From an uncultured Acidimicrobiaceae bacterium (GTDB taxonomy: Bacteria > Actinomycetota > Acidimicrobiia > Acidimicrobiales > Bog-793): 36,589 nt of DNA. The notes beneath the pieces were generated by a model that ran no database searches, was not told the origin of the DNA, and was given only the letters and a program-made list of their open reading frames with translations. The first letter of the stretch is position 1. Every line of letters begins with the position of its first letter. The stretch is from assembly GCA_903907185.1 (NCBI GenBank), contig CAIVND010000004.1, forward strand, positions 1 through 36,589, written 5' to 3'. Both the position numbers and the translations under genes were made by a program. Shown here one piece after another: positions 34,929-36,589 of this stretch.

Positions 34929-36332
34929 ATGGGCAAGACCCTGTCAGAGAAGATTTGGGACCGTCACCTCGTTCGCGAGGGTGAAGCCGGCGAGCAGGAT
35001 CTGCTCTATATCGATCTCCACCTGGTTCACGAGGTCACCTCTCCCCAGGCATTTGAGGGACTTCGGATGGCTGGTCGCAAGGTCCGCCGTCCCGACCTGA
35101 CCGTCGCAACGGCTGACCACAATGTGCCGACAACCGATCTGAACCTTCCCATCACCGATGAGATCGCCCGTACACAGCTTGAGTACCTCGACCGCAACTG
35201 CGCGGAGTTCGGCGTCACCCTGTACGGCCGCGGCGACAAGAACCAAGGAATCGTCCACGTCATCGGACCCGAGCAGGGACTCTCTCAGCCGGGGATGACC
35301 ATTGTCTGTGGAGATTCCCATACCGCAACGCACGGTGCCTTCGGATCGCTCGCATTCGGTATCGGAACGAGCGAGGTGGAACACGTCCTCGCGACGCAGA
35401 CATTGCCCCAGTCACCCGCAAAGACCTTGGCCGTTGAGGTACAAGGTGAGCTTCCTGCGGGAACAACCGCGAAGGATCTCGTGCTCGCCATCATCGGTCA
35501 ACTTGGCACCGGCGGCGGCATCGGTCACGTCATCGAATATCGCGGCCCCGCTATTCGCGCGCTCTCCATGGAGGGGCGGATGACCGTCTGCAACATGTCG
35601 ATTGAGGCTGGCGCCAGAGCAGGGCTCATTGCGCCCGATGAGATCACCTTCGCCTACCTCGAAGGGAGAGACCGCGTCGCGGTCGGCGATGAGTTCGACC
35701 GAGCGGTCGAGGATTGGAAGACACTCGTCACCGACGATGACGCGGTCTTTGACAAGGTCATCATCATCGATGCCACCAAGATCAAGCCGCACGTCACCTG
35801 GGGCACGAACCCAAGTCAGGTGCTACCAATCGACGGAACCATTCCAGATCCGAGCTCCTACTCCGACCCTGAGCTCCGCGAGGCCGCAGAGCGAGCGCTG
35901 ATCTACATGGACCTGAAAGCAGGAACAAAGATCAGCGACATCAAGGTCGATACCGTCTTTATTGGGTCCTGCACAAACTCGCGCATTGAGGACCTTCGGG
36001 CAGCCGCTGGGGTCTTTGAGGGTCGCAACGTTGCCTCCGGTCTTCGAGTCTTGATCGTCCCAGGATCACATCGCGTCAAAGCCCAGGCAGAAGAGGAGGG
36101 TCTCGACAAGATCTTCACCGCCGCTGGGGCAGAGTGGCGTGAGCCAGGATGTTCGATGTGCCTTGGTATGAACCCCGACACGCTTTCTCCCGGAGAGCGC
36201 AGTGCCTCAACATCAAACCGAAACTTCGAGGGTCGCCAGGGCCGTGGTGGTCGAACCCATCTTGTCTCGCCCGCAGTCGCCGCTGCGACCGCGGTAGCTG
36301 GTCACTTTGCAACACCCGAGAGCCTGGACTGA
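34929..36332 (+). CDS. leuC: 3-isopropylmalate dehydratase large subunit
   Basis: It contains [46 protein letters not shown] and [12 protein letters not shown]. The RBS AAGGGAG is present and the gene starts 9 nt after the greA stop. Confidence 0.95.
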   Translation: MGKTLSEKIWDRHLVREGEAGEQDLLYIDLHLVHEVTSPQAFEGLRMAGRKVRRPDLTVATADHNVPTTDLNLPITDEIARTQLEYLDRNCAEFGVTLYGRGDKNQGIVHVIGPEQGLSQPGMTIVCGDSHTATHGAFGSLAFGIGTSEVEHVLATQTLPQSPAKTLAVEVQGELPAGTTAKDLVLAIIGQLGTGGGIGHVIEYRGPAIRALSMEGRMTVCNMSIEAGARAGLIAPDEITFAYLEGRDRVAVGDEFDRAVEDWKTLVTDDDAVFDKVIIIDATKIKPHVTWGTNPSQVLPIDGTIPDPSSYSDPELREAAERALIYMDLKAGTKISDIKVDTVFIGSCTNSRIEDLRAAAGVFEGRNVASGLRVLIVPGSHRVKAQAEEEGLDKIFTAAGAEWREPGCSMCLGMNPDTLSPGERSASTSNRNFEGRQGRGGRTHLVSPAVAAATAVAGHFATPESLD

Positions 36333-36343
36333 GAGGAGCGACC

Positions 36344-36589
36344 ATGCAACCAGTTCGCGTAATAACCGGCACCGCCCTTCCCCTTGATCGCAGCGATGTC
36401 GACACCGACCAGATCATTCCGAGTGAGTGGCTCAAGCGGGTCGAGCGCACCGGCTTTGGTGCTGGGCTGTTCGCTGAGTGGCGAGACGACCGAGACTTTG
36501 TCATCAACAAGCCCGAGTTCTCTGGCGCGAGTGTTCTAGTCGCTGGCCCGAACTTCGGAGTTGGATCGTCTCGTGAACACGCCGTCTGG
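36344..36589 (+). CDS. leuD: 3-isopropylmalate dehydratase small subunit (N-terminal 82 codons; runs off the window)
   Basis: My own translation from ATG 36344, after GAGAGGAG, gives [39 protein letters not shown]...[17 protein letters not shown]. It is not in the ORF track because no stop lies in the window. Confidence 0.9.
   Translation, partial: MQPVRVITGTALPLDRSDVDTDQIIPSEWLKRVERTGFGAGLFAEWRDDRDFVINKPEFSGASVLVAGPNFGVGSSREHAVW

Overview
This 36.6-kb window is high-GC (upper 50s % by eye, not computed) and looks like actinobacterial chromosome: frequent GTG/TTG starts, hairpin terminators without T-tracts, and a gene pair I recall as resembling M. tuberculosis Rv3400/Rv3401. All calls come from reading translations and remembered family motifs; no searches were run. 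Most of the window is core metabolism. (i) 1-1680 (-) encodes a secreted tandem Ig-like-repeat protein that runs off the left edge and is missing from the supplied ORF track. (ii) 2.0-5.9 kb is a small accessory or decayed patch. It holds a DUF1643 gene, tRNA-Met(CAU), a truncated tyrosine integrase flanked by short repeats of the tRNA anticodon arm, a long-form (PF06559-like) dCTP deaminase and two abutting gene fragments. (iii) 6.0-17.1 kb is one same-strand carbohydrate block: beta-phosphoglucomutase-like HAD, GH65 phosphorylase, ROK kinase, amylo-alpha-1,6-glucosidase-like protein, then tal-pgi-gnd-pgl. (iv) 17.1-30.4 kb holds mixed housekeeping and envelope genes: an HPF-like protein, a small secreted protein, a GT-C glycosyltransferase, an amidohydrolase, a Bug/TctC-like binding protein, a dienelactone hydrolase, DUF6295, an HtrA protease, an ABC-F ATPase, an S51 peptidase, a membrane desaturase and a GNAT. 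(v) 30.5-36.6 kb is branched-chain amino acid biosynthesis, with cimA-ilvE-leuB on the minus strand and greA-leuC-leuD on the plus strand. I found no rRNA, CRISPR array, intact transposase or recognisable canonical defence system. The most interesting unexplained signal is in the leuB/greA spacer. It combines a promoter-like element, a possibly leaderless 14-codon Ile-rich ORF, a strong hairpin and a minus-strand intrinsic terminator about 117 nt upstream of leuB-ilvE-cimA, which suggests an attenuator or small RNA. Second is the tRNA-linked integrase relic next to the unusual dCTP-deaminase-family gene. Both are hypotheses that need computation or experiment.
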